The notes: a model not told the origin generated them from the sequence alone. A DNA stretch of 64,000 nucleotides from an uncultured virus (IMG/VR IMGVR_UViG_3300011897_000001) (IMGVR_UViG_3300011897_000001:1-64000); one strand, 5' to 3'. Shown: positions 39,782 through 50,177, counted from the stretch's first letter. Made by a program: numbers and translations.

Positions 39782-40035
39782 AAAAGTCAAATGAACAGCA
39801 GAGCAAAATAGATAAAGATATTGTAGATACTTTTAAAGGTAATCCTCTTTTCTACAAAGTGCTTATGCACGAATCAAAGCTCTGCTCTCTAAATGACTTG
39901 CGTACAATTTATAGCTTGACAGACCTTCTAGATTTTTGTGAATACATTGATATCTTAGAAGCATCTAAAGACTCTGCCAAAGAAAAGGCAGAAATCAAAG
40001 CAAAACAAGAAAGAGAAAATAAGGGTCGTAAATAA
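39748..40035 (+). CDS. tail assembly chaperone -1 frame extension (T-like)
   Basis: Open -1 frame from 39748 to TAA 40033-40035, ...KLCSLNDLRTIYSLTDLLDFCEYID... Confidence 0.7.
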   Translation, partial: KFYRKRYKREVKKSNEQQSKIDKDIVDTFKGNPLFYKVLMHESKLCSLNDLRTIYSLTDLLDFCEYIDILEASKDSAKEKAEIKAKQERENKGRK

Positions 40036-42011
40036 TGGCAGGCACAGAGATTGCTAGCTATTGGGCCACACTAGGTGTAAAAACTGACAGAGGCTCAATA
40101 AGAGATGTAGACAGATTTCTTAAAGTCATTGAAGATCGAATCCTTCTTTTCTCTCGGAAACCTGCTGCTGAAGTAAAGCTCGAAAGATTTTTTGTAAATT
40201 TCAGAAAGCTTCAAACTGTACTTCAAACTGCCCTTGATACTGTTAGCCGTTCAAGTGTATTCAAATTTGAAAACTTCAGAGTAGACACCAATCGTCTAAC
40301 TGCTTCGATTGAACAAGCAATGCGTGTGGCTGAGAAAAGAGCTAACGTAAATGTAAAAGCTAGTTCAAGTGGTCACAGCGGGGCTGGCGGTATTAGCGCT
40401 TCCCACGTCGGTGCAGGTGTGGCGGGCGGCTTAGTATCAAGATTTTGGCTACCCGCAACTGCAATTGCTGCTGGTGGTTATGGTTTGGCTGGATTGAACG
40501 AAAGAAACCAACAAGTGGTTGCTGCTCAGCTACAGACTTCTGCAACTGTTCAACAAGCAGGTGGCTCTGCAACAGACGGCTCCGATGCCTTCAAGTGGCT
40601 TCAGGATCAAGGTAATAGAGTTGGTTTTAACTGGTTAAATGCTGTAGGGGATTACAACAGTGTAATTTCTGGTCTTACCGGCGCTGGCATGTCAGTTAAA
40701 CAAGGACAAGATGTTTTCCAAGGATTCTCAGAGCTTGCCCGAGTTAATAAACTTGACAATACTCGGCAGAATAGGCTATTCAGGGCAATTTCTCAGGTAG
40801 CTGGTAAAGACCAGTTGATGTCAGAAGAATTGACAGGTCAAATTGCAGAAGCACTTCCTGGTGGCGTGGCTATTTTTGCTGAAGCCTTCCGCCGTCAAAC
40901 GGGTGGTGATCTTGGTGTAAAAGGTACAGCTTCTATCCCTGAGCTTCTGAAGGCAATGAAAGATAGGAAGGTAAAGGGTGATATTCTAACTTACGCTGCT
41001 CAGGTTGCTCAGGAAAGAGCAGCGCCGGGGTTATCAGCGGCGTCTAAGGCATCACAAGCAGAACAAGCCAGGTTTCAAAATGGCCTAAGTCTAAATGCCC
41101 TTATTGCCTCACAGGCTGGAGTTGAAGAGGGCTACGCAAGGATATTCAAGACTCTAGCAGATGGTCTCGCTCGTTCTAAACCAATGGTAGAAGCGTTCGC
41201 CAACGTCTTTAATCGACTAACGATTCAATTTGAAGCTCTAAACAATATAGTTACTAACTTAGTATCAAACGCTCTTTCCAATCTCACCTCAGCTACTGGA
41301 TTAAGTAATAATCAATTCCTAGCACTTTCTGGCACAATTATTGGCTTGATGTTCCCATTCACCAGACTCTTCACTATTGCCTCTAACTTTGCTGTTTTAT
41401 TCCAATCTTATCAAAGATTCAAGCAAGGTAAAGATAGTCTGGTAGGTGATTGGTTTAAAGCTAGTCCTGAAATGTTCACCGGCGTATTTGCTCTGTTTGA
41501 AAACACTAAGACTCAGTTAGGGCAGCTCATTGATCTAGCAGGTAAGCTTGGATTAGCGCTTCAGGAAGCTTTTGATGGTGGAGCTAAGAAAGGTTTCCTT
41601 CAATTCTTTATTGACAGACTTGTTACTATCTCCGCTACGTTTGGTCAGCTTATTGACGCCATGACTGCTGTTTCAGAAGGTCGTTGGAGCGATGCTATTG
41701 GAAACCTAAAGAATGCAGCTATTCTTGGTCTTAATGGGCCCGTTGCTGGTGCTGTTACTGGATTCCAAAGTAAAGAACAGGTTGAACAACAACGTCAAGA
41801 CCTGATGAATCAATATCTTCAGACTGGTAATGAAGCCGCTGTTTCAAATGAGCTTAATCAGGCATTCAACATTACAATTCAGATTGATCCTCTTGTTGCT
41901 GCTCAGATGGATGTTGCTTCACAAGCTGAAGCTTTGGCTGCTCAACTAAGGGCTGAGATTGATGATCAGTGGGCAAATGGTATGATTCAATGGCCCTCAA
42001 CAGGAAGGTAA
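40035..42011 (+). CDS. tape measure protein
   Basis: Ala/Gly-rich helical protein; QVAGKDQLMSEELTGQIAEALPG tape-measure domain. Confidence 0.88.
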   Translation: MAGTEIASYWATLGVKTDRGSIRDVDRFLKVIEDRILLFSRKPAAEVKLERFFVNFRKLQTVLQTALDTVSRSSVFKFENFRVDTNRLTASIEQAMRVAEKRANVNVKASSSGHSGAGGISASHVGAGVAGGLVSRFWLPATAIAAGGYGLAGLNERNQQVVAAQLQTSATVQQAGGSATDGSDAFKWLQDQGNRVGFNWLNAVGDYNSVISGLTGAGMSVKQGQDVFQGFSELARVNKLDNTRQNRLFRAISQVAGKDQLMSEELTGQIAEALPGGVAIFAEAFRRQTGGDLGVKGTASIPELLKAMKDRKVKGDILTYAAQVAQERAAPGLSAASKASQAEQARFQNGLSLNALIASQAGVEEGYARIFKTLADGLARSKPMVEAFANVFNRLTIQFEALNNIVTNLVSNALSNLTSATGLSNNQFLALSGTIIGLMFPFTRLFTIASNFAVLFQSYQRFKQGKDSLVGDWFKASPEMFTGVFALFENTKTQLGQLIDLAGKLGLALQEAFDGGAKKGFLQFFIDRLVTISATFGQLIDAMTAVSEGRWSDAIGNLKNAAILGLNGPVAGAVTGFQSKEQVEQQRQDLMNQYLQTGNEAAVSNELNQAFNITIQIDPLVAAQMDVASQAEALAAQLRAEIDDQWANGMIQWPSTGR

Positions 42012-42012
42012 T

Positions 42013-42801
42013 ATGACACTAGCACTTAAATATGGTGATGATGCTGATACTTCCATTGAATCAGGGTTTATTTACTTTGATGTAGTAAGTGTATACAGCA
42101 GAAGCACCAGGGGTCAAGTAACTAAGCATCCAATAAGCGGCGGCACGTATGTGAGTGACCACTTTATTAGAGACAATCCAGAGATCAGTATTTCTGCGAT
42201 TGTCTCTTTTGCTGATATTTCCCCTGAGTCAAACCTAATTGTAGATGTTAGCGGCAATAAAGCAAATAATGCTAATCCTCAGACTGGTGAAGTAATTGTC
42301 ACTCAGTCTGCATCCTCTTTAGTAAACTATCTTCCCGCGAGTATTAGTCAGTATCTGCCAAAGTCTGCGCCAACGGCTTCACTTGCCTCTAATATCTTAA
42401 AAACAAACTATAAAGATTTCGTTGAACAAGCCTTGGAGACAATTACTTCAAGTGTAAAGTTTAACGAATCTACTTCTAAGTTTGAAACTTATATTAGAGT
42501 AGTTCAGTTATATGAATTTCTTGGAACCTCTCTTACTAAAATCAAAAATGATCTAGTTCTTACTGAGTTTAGCATAAAAGAGGATGAAAGCAGCGGCGAT
42601 GCTTTGCTAGTTGATATGAAGTTTGAAAAAGTAAAGTTCGTATCTCAAAAGAGAACTGCAATCCCTAAAGATATTGTCGGCTCTATGAAAAAGAAGGCTA
42701 CAACTACTCAGAAGAAGGGTGTGGCAGACTCGACAGTGTCAACTAAAGATACTGCTAACGATGAAGATATTGATCCAGCACGTAAAGTGTACGGGAGGTA
42801 A
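42013..42801 (+). CDS. baseplate/tube-initiator (Dit-like) protein
   Basis: VTKHPISGG..VSDH.I..NP motif after the tape measure gene. Confidence 0.7.
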   Translation: MTLALKYGDDADTSIESGFIYFDVVSVYSRSTRGQVTKHPISGGTYVSDHFIRDNPEISISAIVSFADISPESNLIVDVSGNKANNANPQTGEVIVTQSASSLVNYLPASISQYLPKSAPTASLASNILKTNYKDFVEQALETITSSVKFNESTSKFETYIRVVQLYEFLGTSLTKIKNDLVLTEFSIKEDESSGDALLVDMKFEKVKFVSQKRTAIPKDIVGSMKKKATTTQKKGVADSTVSTKDTANDEDIDPARKVYGR

Positions 42802-42803
42802 TC

Positions 42804-43136
42804 TTGGCAATTTATAATCAGGTTGATCTCCCTTTGTATGATGATGCTGATTATAGCTATAGCGTCTCTTTGCAAAGTCAAAGCTATGTAATTAGAGTTT
42901 ACTATGTAGAGAGAACACAGCTTTGGTATTTTTCTGTATTTGAAGAAAACCAGACGCCTATATTCCAAGGGTTGGCTTTAATTCCTGAGTATCCTATTAC
43001 CTTGGATTATTTAAAATCAGAGCTAACCGGATTCTTTAGGTTGGTGCCCATCCCAGCATATAAGATTGTTGATCCTTATCTTTTATACCCAGATAAGATT
43101 GCCCAGTACTATACCTTCTCTTACGTATATCAATAA
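42804..43136 (+). CDS. small baseplate protein
   Basis: Position and size. Confidence 0.6.
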   Translation: MAIYNQVDLPLYDDADYSYSVSLQSQSYVIRVYYVERTQLWYFSVFEENQTPIFQGLALIPEYPITLDYLKSELTGFFRLVPIPAYKIVDPYLLYPDKIAQYYTFSYVYQ

Positions 43137-43178
43137 CACACTCTGTAATGCCTCTATTTTCCTCTAGGAGACGTTTTA

Positions 43179-44072
43179 ATGGCTTTGGACTACCTATATA
43201 AGAATAGAGGCTATCAGTTGATAGTAGGGGATTATAAAAACGATCCTAACAACGCCTTAGATATTACAGAGAATCAGATAACATTTGATATCACAAAGAC
43301 CTCTGACAACAAGAAAAAGAATGACTCGGCATCTATTGAAGTATACAACCTTTCTGATGAACAGTTAGCTGTATTGGACAGTGAATATATTGCAGCTTCG
43401 TTCTCTGCTGGCTATTACAACACTTCAATCAAAAGGTTGTTTGCTGGTCAGGTTAATAGAGTTACAACGCGCAAACAGGGTGTTGATATTGTTACTCAGA
43501 TAGTTATGGGATCGGCATACACTGATCTCAATCATCAGGTCTTGAGTCAGCTTGTAGCACCAGGGCGTAGTTATAAAGATGTGTACGAAGAGATTCGTAA
43601 ATCCCTACCTAACGTGGTACGCGGTGTTTATGCGGGGACTAACCTTAACTCTCAAGTGATTAATGGGTATCCACTGCAAGGTACACCAAAGCAAATACTT
43701 TCTCAGTTATCTGAAGCTACTCAGACAGAGTATAGGATTGATGGTGATGTTTTGTATGTTAATGACAAGGCAGGAACCGTCTCGGAGAACTACGGACAAG
43801 CATTTATCATTAGTCCTGAGTCTGGTTTGAAAGATCTAGCATATAAGATTGGCGGAGACATCACAAGGAGTAAGAAGGACCCTGTGAAAAAGAGGGGTAT
43901 CCAATTTAAATGTTTTCTAACTGCTGAGATTATCCCAGGACAGATTATTAAATTGGAACAAGGTGATACTCTTGACGGATGGTGGAAAGTCGACGAAGTT
44001 AGGTTTTCCGGCGACTTCCGAGGTCAAGCTTGGGATGTAGAAGTAAATTGCAGTGAGAAGATTAAGGTTTAA
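43179..44072 (+). CDS. baseplate hub protein
   Basis: IEVYNLS, AGY...LFAG, ISPESGL, GDFRGQAW. Confidence 0.75.
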   Translation: MALDYLYKNRGYQLIVGDYKNDPNNALDITENQITFDITKTSDNKKKNDSASIEVYNLSDEQLAVLDSEYIAASFSAGYYNTSIKRLFAGQVNRVTTRKQGVDIVTQIVMGSAYTDLNHQVLSQLVAPGRSYKDVYEEIRKSLPNVVRGVYAGTNLNSQVINGYPLQGTPKQILSQLSEATQTEYRIDGDVLYVNDKAGTVSENYGQAFIISPESGLKDLAYKIGGDITRSKKDPVKKRGIQFKCFLTAEIIPGQIIKLEQGDTLDGWWKVDEVRFSGDFRGQAWDVEVNCSEKIKV

Positions 44073-44502
44073 TAGGTATTAGATTTACACTTGCCACTGA
44101 TTTTGAAGAATTTTGGGTAAAGAAACCCATACCCTCCATAAGCTAGCTATCTAGCCCCTAGAAGAGTACTTGGTTTGATTACCCCTATTCTCCAACATAT
44201 AGCCGTTAAGTCCTAAGACCCTTGCCACTTGATATGTTAGATATTGCCAGAAGGCTGCGTTTAAAGACGGCTCGCAATAACGCCTGGGTGCTATAGACTA
44301 ATTCACAGCTATAGCTTTGACTGCCTTCCCCGGTGTTTCGGGTCATACCCTGTTCAGTCGTCACTCAGTTGGTCTTTGGTTTGCGTGGTAGACCTTTAAG
44401 CCATATCGCCCCCGTCTACCTCCCTATAACAAGAGGCTTACCGTCCAATATGACCGATTTGAAAGAATGTCGTTTCCGTTAGACTTTCAAAATGTATTAA
44501 CC

Positions 44503-44531
44503 ATTGTACGCTAGGTTCTCCTGGCTGTCAA
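44503..44531 (-). promoter_or_regulatory. near-consensus sigma70 promoter, antisense to the structural operon
   Basis: TTGACA-N17-TACAAT on the - strand. Confidence 0.75.
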
Positions 44532-44548
44532 CAAGTTAGGAGAAAATA

Positions 44549-45265
44549 ATGGCAAGAAGTCCTTCTTTTGAAGAAGCCACAACATCTGCTGTCAATTGGC
44601 ACCTAGAGCAGATGAATACCGCTATCCCAGCAATCGTGATCCGTGTGATAAGTGATCTACAAGGCTCTCAAATTGACGTACAACCATCGATCAACTTCAA
44701 GAACTACGATGGTACTACCACCGAGAGATCGACGATCCTTAACGTTCCTGTGGTGTTCCCGTGCTCTTCTACTTCGGCAATTACTTTTCCTCTGAATCCT
44801 GGCGACCCTGTTTTGCTGATTTTCTCTCAGAGGGGTTTAGACTCTTGGAAGTCTGGTAATGGTTATCCAAGCACTCCTACAGACTACCGAATGCACTCCG
44901 CACAAGACTGCTTTGCCATTCCTTGCCCTATGCCAACATCTCGTTCGGTGAACAATCCAGCTAATCGTAAGTGGCCTCACTCTACAAGAGATTTAGTTGT
45001 AGCTCATAATTTAGGTACAGGCAGTGAAGTAGAGTTAAGACTTACCGAATCAGGCAGTCTTAAGATTAGCACCGATATGACTGTAGAAGTTCATGCAAAT
45101 CAAGGTATTGTGGATATTCCTACTACCATGTGGAATGGTACAATAATCCATGGTGGCGGAGCTATCATATCTAATGGGGTCACATTGCATACCCACACTC
45201 ATAATCAGCTACCAGATGGTGGTGGTGATACTGAACAACCAACTCTTCCTCCGAATGCAGGGTGA
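44549..45265 (+). CDS. baseplate central spike (gp138/gpV-like)
   Basis: NVPVVFP, GDPVLLIFSQR..D.W, C-terminal HTHTH metal-binding tip. Confidence 0.85.
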   Translation: MARSPSFEEATTSAVNWHLEQMNTAIPAIVIRVISDLQGSQIDVQPSINFKNYDGTTTERSTILNVPVVFPCSSTSAITFPLNPGDPVLLIFSQRGLDSWKSGNGYPSTPTDYRMHSAQDCFAIPCPMPTSRSVNNPANRKWPHSTRDLVVAHNLGTGSEVELRLTESGSLKISTDMTVEVHANQGIVDIPTTMWNGTIIHGGGAIISNGVTLHTHTHNQLPDGGGDTEQPTLPPNAG

Positions 45266-45268
45266 CAT

Positions 45269-45631
45269 ATGGATTTACTACTAGGAAGTGATGGAGATAT
45301 TGTATTTATTAATGGTGCTTGCCCCACAACATACACTGCACCAGATGTAGTCAAACAAAGACTACAGATCAGATTAAAAACGTTTTTAGGGGAATGGTTT
45401 TTCGACACATCATACGGAGTACCTTATTTTCAAAGGATATTCGGTAAACAGAAAACCAAAACCACAGTAGATAATATTATTCGAGAACAGATTCTTTCCG
45501 AATTTGGAGTTCTTGAGATATTAGATTTTAATAGTTCATGGGACAAAGCAACTAGAACTTTCTCTTTAGTTTTTAGTGTTAAAACTGCTGAAGGTCAAGC
45601 TTCCGCTATCCCTGTTAATATTGTTTTATAG
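45269..45631 (+). CDS. baseplate wedge/sheath initiator (gp25-like)
   Basis: RLKTFLGEWFFDTSYGVPY. Confidence 0.8.
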   Translation: MDLLLGSDGDIVFINGACPTTYTAPDVVKQRLQIRLKTFLGEWFFDTSYGVPYFQRIFGKQKTKTTVDNIIREQILSEFGVLEILDFNSSWDKATRTFSLVFSVKTAEGQASAIPVNIVL

Positions 45632-45639
45632 GTGATTTT

Positions 45640-47097
45640 ATGGCAGAAGATTTTGGCTTGACAGAAAGTGGCTTTAATTTAAAAAGGATGCCTGATCTTC
45701 AAACAGATCAAGTAGCCCTGGCAATCAAGTTGTTTCAGGACAGGGTTGCAGTCGGTGACACGGTAGACACCTCCTCTTCATCGGCTCTTGGTCGCTTGAT
45801 TGCACTATCTTTGCCTGCTCAGGCGGACCTATGGGAAGCTGCTCAACAGGTTTATTCTGCATTTGACCCTGCATCTGCCACAGGTATCGCACTAGATAAC
45901 CTTGTAGCTCTGTCTGGCTTGGTCCGTAAAGATGCAACCTCAACGACTGCATTAGGTTTGCTAACAGGTTCTGTAGGTGTAACTGTTCCTACCTCGGTGG
46001 ATATTCAATCTACCACTAGCAACACTGTCTACAACCTCTCTACGCCAGTAACCTTTTCCCCAATTTCAGCTAACGGAATTGGCGTATCCGTCTTGACAGT
46101 TAGTGATGCTTCGAGTTATACTGTAACCTACACAGACAGTTCTACTAGCTCAACTTCTAGTTATACGTCGGGTGCAGGAGCAACACAGTCATCGATATTG
46201 GCAGGTCTAAAGACTTTTATTGACGCCAATCAACCGTCTCTTGTTGCTGTAATCAATAACAATATCTTGTATGTAAACAAGAAAGATTCATCTTCACTTT
46301 CAAATTTTACTGTTAGCTCCAATCTTGGTATTGCTAAAGCATCAAATCTTACCTACCTTGTAGCTGAGACTACTGGGCCTATTAGTGAAGAATCTGGTTC
46401 AATCACCAATATTCTAACTCCTGTGCTTAATTGGGACAGCGTTACTAACCCATACAATGCTGTATCAGGATCGAATCAAGAAAGTGATAGCGAGCTTCGT
46501 GAACGATTCCGTTCAAGTAAAGCATCTCGTGCATCTAACATCATCGAATCTCTCTACTCCTCTCTTGAGGCATTAGATAACGTAGAAGAGGTTGTAATTT
46601 ACGAGAACGTGATGGATACAGTGGACGCAAGTGGTATCCCCGGTCATAGTTTTATGAGCTTGGTTCTTGGGGGTGTTGACTCAGATATTGCTCAGGCTAT
46701 TTGGAATAACAAACCTGCTGGAATCAGAACCTTCGGAAACACTTCCTATCAAATTCTAGATAGTCAAGGTAATCCCCATACGGTCAATTTCCAGCGACCT
46801 GTGCAAGTTCCGATCTATATCAATGTCAACCTTACCAAATTTCCACAGTATCCAAGTAATGGTGATGCTATGGTCAGGCAGGCACTGATTGACTACTTTG
46901 ATGCCAACTTCGGTATTGGAGACAGTGTGATTTATTCACGTCTGTATACGCCTATCAACTCTGTTCCAGGTCATCAGATTAACAGCTTAACTATTGGAAC
47001 TTCACCAAACCCAACACAGATGCAGAACATTCCAATCTCATTCACTCAGATTGCATCTCTATCTTCTGCCAATATTATCATCTCATCCACTCAATAA
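45640..47097 (+). CDS. baseplate J-like wedge protein
   Basis: ATGIALDNL, G.NQESDSELRER, IAQAIW..KPAGI. Confidence 0.88.
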   Translation: MAEDFGLTESGFNLKRMPDLQTDQVALAIKLFQDRVAVGDTVDTSSSSALGRLIALSLPAQADLWEAAQQVYSAFDPASATGIALDNLVALSGLVRKDATSTTALGLLTGSVGVTVPTSVDIQSTTSNTVYNLSTPVTFSPISANGIGVSVLTVSDASSYTVTYTDSSTSSTSSYTSGAGATQSSILAGLKTFIDANQPSLVAVINNNILYVNKKDSSSLSNFTVSSNLGIAKASNLTYLVAETTGPISEESGSITNILTPVLNWDSVTNPYNAVSGSNQESDSELRERFRSSKASRASNIIESLYSSLEALDNVEEVVIYENVMDTVDASGIPGHSFMSLVLGGVDSDIAQAIWNNKPAGIRTFGNTSYQILDSQGNPHTVNFQRPVQVPIYINVNLTKFPQYPSNGDAMVRQALIDYFDANFGIGDSVIYSRLYTPINSVPGHQINSLTIGTSPNPTQMQNIPISFTQIASLSSANIIISSTQ

Positions 47098-47106
47098 GGA
47101 GGGGTT

Positions 47107-47778
47107 ATGGCTATTAATCCCTTTAATGTGGAAGAGCATATTGAAACAGCTCGAACTCGTGTAACTGAACAATTTAAAGACGCCACTGTATTTGATAAAT
47201 ACATGCAACTATTGATTCAAGGCTTGTATGAGATTGAGCTTGTCTTCAAAGATTTGATGCAACTTAGAAGTATTGATACTGCCGTTGGTGCTCAACTTGA
47301 CTTGCTTGGTAATATAGTAGGTCAAGATAGGAATATTGCTTCTAAGAGTTTTGTAACAGCAGGGAATCCTTCAGGTAACATTACTCTTGACGATGCAACT
47401 TATCGAGTTGTGATCAAGAGTCGTATTCGTAAGAATATCAGTGTTGCAACTCCTGAAGATGTAATCTCAGCAGCGTCGTTCATCTTGAGTGAGATTGGTG
47501 GAAGGCAAGTAGAGACCCGTATTAAAGAGGGTAATGCTAGCGCTCAAATCTACTTAGGTAGACGATTGTCTGAGCTTGAGAAGGTGTTGATTAAAGGTTA
47601 TTACACACGTAACTATTTGGATGGACTTCTACCTCGCCCCCTTGGCGTTAGATTTGAATCTTATGTTTCTTATCAACAAGAAGATTTCTTTGCCTTTAGA
47701 GAAGTCAAAGGCGCCAAAGGTTTTGGTAGTCGCACTGACCCATCCGTAGGTGGTGGATATTTTGCGGAGAGAATTTAA
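47107..47778 (+). CDS. baseplate wedge protein (DUF2612-like)
   Basis: IDTAVGAQLDLLGNIVG, LDDATYR, LLPRPLGV. Confidence 0.8.
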   Translation: MAINPFNVEEHIETARTRVTEQFKDATVFDKYMQLLIQGLYEIELVFKDLMQLRSIDTAVGAQLDLLGNIVGQDRNIASKSFVTAGNPSGNITLDDATYRVVIKSRIRKNISVATPEDVISAASFILSEIGGRQVETRIKEGNASAQIYLGRRLSELEKVLIKGYYTRNYLDGLLPRPLGVRFESYVSYQQEDFFAFREVKGAKGFGSRTDPSVGGGYFAERI

Positions 47779-48188
47779 TGGCTGAAATCAGCAAGCCTTA
47801 TAATGTAAACTTGATATGGGCTGCTGATAGTAGCGCTGTATCCGATCCAAGTTCAACGCCTGGTTTTGATAATAATAAAATTAAAACAGGTTGGGAAGTT
47901 GAGGTTCCTACTTTACAAGATTTTAATTTTATCGATAAACGTCAAGACCAATTTAATGCGTACTTAAACCAGCATGGCATTCCTGAGTGGGACAGTGTTA
48001 CAGAATTTCAAGCTAATAAGTCTTTAACTCAAATTAATGGAATTGCGTATAAAGCTTTAAAAACCAATATTAATGTAAACCCGGTGGGTGATACTACAGC
48101 AACTTGGTCTAAAGCTTTTGCAACTCCAGATGATGTAGGAGCTGCTTCTAAAATTAGAAGCAAATTATATTTTGCGGGGCAATTTTGA
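47778..48188 (+). CDS. short tail-fibre proximal/anchor protein
   Basis: IWA...KIKTGW.VE.P..Q.FN...QHGIPEWD..TEF N-terminal fibre motif. Confidence 0.7.
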   Translation: MAEISKPYNVNLIWAADSSAVSDPSSTPGFDNNKIKTGWEVEVPTLQDFNFIDKRQDQFNAYLNQHGIPEWDSVTEFQANKSLTQINGIAYKALKTNINVNPVGDTTATWSKAFATPDDVGAASKIRSKLYFAGQF

Positions 48189-48502
48189 TGGCAACTGGAC
48201 GTTTAGGTGTTTCTAACCCTTCTCCTAATGTTAATACTCTAGTCTATACAGTTCCAAACGGTTTACTTTCTTGTGTAAATATTTGTGTCGTAAACATGGG
48301 TATTCAAGATTTAAATTTTACTGCTTATATATCCGACGGCTCTAATATATCATTAGACAGACTTTTAGAAAGTAATTGCACAATTGCAGCTAATGGTGGT
48401 GTATTGGAGCGTGAGGGTATTTTGTTGACAGCAGGTGAGACAATCTACGTTCAGTCAAGTACCTCAAATGCTTCTGTAAGGATTCACGGATATGAGGACT
48501 AA
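48185..48502 (+). CDS. small tail-associated protein, paralog A
   Basis: MATGRL...NTLVYTVP...GVLER..I....GE.I.V...V..HGYE. Confidence 0.6.
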   Translation: MMATGRLGVSNPSPNVNTLVYTVPNGLLSCVNICVVNMGIQDLNFTAYISDGSNISLDRLLESNCTIAANGGVLEREGILLTAGETIYVQSSTSNASVRIHGYED

Positions 48503-48841
48503 TTGATGGCTAGCGGAAGATTAGCAAGAGCTTTAATTGCTCAAGCCGGAAGTAACACTTTAATTTATACAGTGCCTTCAGGCTACTATTCAACTTTAAA
48601 TGTAAGCTTTGTAAATAACACTGGTCTTGCTGTGCCTATCAGGCTGGCTATCACAACTCAGTCAAATAATAATCCACTACCCTCGGAATATATTGAATAC
48701 AATGTAAATATACCAGGCGTAAATGGTGTTCTTGAAAGAACAGCAATAGTGTGTTCTTCTGGTGAAAAGATTGTTGTTTGGGCTGGGAATGCAAATGCTA
48801 TAACAGTAAGAGTTAACGGGTACGAGGAGAGTTTAATTTAA
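48503..48841 (+). CDS. small tail-associated protein, paralog B
   Basis: MASGRL...NTLIYTVP...GVLER..I....GEKI.V...VRVNGYE. Confidence 0.6.
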   Translation: MMASGRLARALIAQAGSNTLIYTVPSGYYSTLNVSFVNNTGLAVPIRLAITTQSNNNPLPSEYIEYNVNIPGVNGVLERTAIVCSSGEKIVVWAGNANAITVRVNGYEESLI

Positions 48842-49803
48842 TGGGAAGATATATTAGTAACTCAGATGTAAGGACACTTGTTTCCGCGACCACAATTAGC
48901 CTTGGTTATGCGGCAGGTCAATTAGGTATCTTTGGCCGTGGTCAATACCAATGGTGGGTATCTAGTAGCTCTTTTACTGTACCACCGGGGGTTACCCAGA
49001 TCAGGGTCAGGGTCATAGGCGCAGGCGGCGGCGGATGTAACGATAATAACTCATCGGGAGGCCCCGGTGGTAATTCCAGCTTTGGCAATTTAATTACTGC
49101 TTCTGGCGGCCTTGGCGGGGTTTTAAATAACGGAGGTGCTGGAGGCCTAGGTTCTGGAGGAGACTTTCAGGCTGCTGGCGGTGCTGGAGGATCAACCGTA
49201 ACTACTCCAACCAGCAACATTGCAGGAGGCGGTGGTGGCGGCGCAGGCTCCCAGATCGGCACAGGGGGTATTGGCGGAGGTGGTTTATCTGCTAGTTTAG
49301 GTGGCTCAGGTGGCGGTGTAGGTGGTGGACCAGGGGTAAATTCTGGAGGCGGCGGCTCTCCTTATGGAATACCCTCTTCTACACTCGGAGCGCCTGATGT
49401 TGCAGGTAACACCTACACCGGACAAGGTGCATCCCCACCCGGCTCGCTGTCTCGTTTTCCTTTTGATGCTTTTCCCGGAGGCGGCGGCGGGCCTTTCATG
49501 CAAGGCGGTGTAGGTGGCGGTGGCGGCTCTGCCACTGCTTCTGGCAGAGGTAATGGCGGTATTGGTGGCGGCGGTGGCGGCGGTTTCCAAGTATCTGTAG
49601 GTAATGGCGGTATTGGTGGCGGCGGTGGTGGCCGGGGCAATAGTGCAGGCAACGCCGGTTCAGGCGGTGGCGGTGGTGGTGGTTTTGCCTACGGTGTCTT
49701 TGCTGTTAATCCTGGAACTGTATACAGTATTACCGTAGGTACAGGTGGAACAAGTAATTCCGCTGGTCTAGGGGGAACAGGTCTAGTCGTAGTAGAGTGG
49801 TGA
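48841..49803 (+). CDS. glycine-rich tail/receptor-binding protein
   Basis: FTVPPGVT.IRV.VIGAGGGG...GG.G.VVVEW glycine-rich domain. Confidence 0.75.
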   Translation: MGRYISNSDVRTLVSATTISLGYAAGQLGIFGRGQYQWWVSSSSFTVPPGVTQIRVRVIGAGGGGCNDNNSSGGPGGNSSFGNLITASGGLGGVLNNGGAGGLGSGGDFQAAGGAGGSTVTTPTSNIAGGGGGGAGSQIGTGGIGGGGLSASLGGSGGGVGGGPGVNSGGGGSPYGIPSSTLGAPDVAGNTYTGQGASPPGSLSRFPFDAFPGGGGGPFMQGGVGGGGGSATASGRGNGGIGGGGGGGFQVSVGNGGIGGGGGGRGNSAGNAGSGGGGGGGFAYGVFAVNPGTVYSITVGTGGTSNSAGLGGTGLVVVEW

Positions 49804-49807
49804 TAAT

Positions 49808-50128
49808 ATGAAAAATGTCTGCATTATGCAAGGTAATTATTGCTGGTCAGTCTCTCAACTACTTGATGAGTGGACAATTGAAGACTCAATTTATTTAGGT
49901 TGGCAGAAAGATGCCAAATATGTTCCTCCTTGGGTTTGGGCAGGTTGGACTGAAAATGAAGATGGCACTTGGACTGATTCCAGTGGTTATGTTTGGGATA
50001 AAGATGGGTACACTAGCCCTGACTGCACGAGCCCTATAACCCCCGGCTGGCAAGGTGAATGGCCTCGTGTTAGACCCTCTGAACAGCCGCCAGAAGAACC
50101 AGAAACTCCTGAAGAACCTTCAGAGTAG
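49808..50128 (+). CDS. Trp-rich small protein (possible fibre assembly factor)
   Basis: Follows the Gly-rich fibre gene. Confidence 0.5.
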   Translation: MKNVCIMQGNYCWSVSQLLDEWTIEDSIYLGWQKDAKYVPPWVWAGWTENEDGTWTDSSGYVWDKDGYTSPDCTSPITPGWQGEWPRVRPSEQPPEEPETPEEPSE

Positions 50129-50177
50129 TTTTTAGATATACAAGCACATGGATTGTGCTTTTCTTTAGGAGAGTGTT

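Noticed and set aside
49306..49652. Pro-rich and Ala/Thr-rich - strand ORFs
   Set aside because: Antisense shadows of the Gly-rich fibre gene; its GGY repeats are 3-nt codon periodicity, unlike the 5-nt arrays
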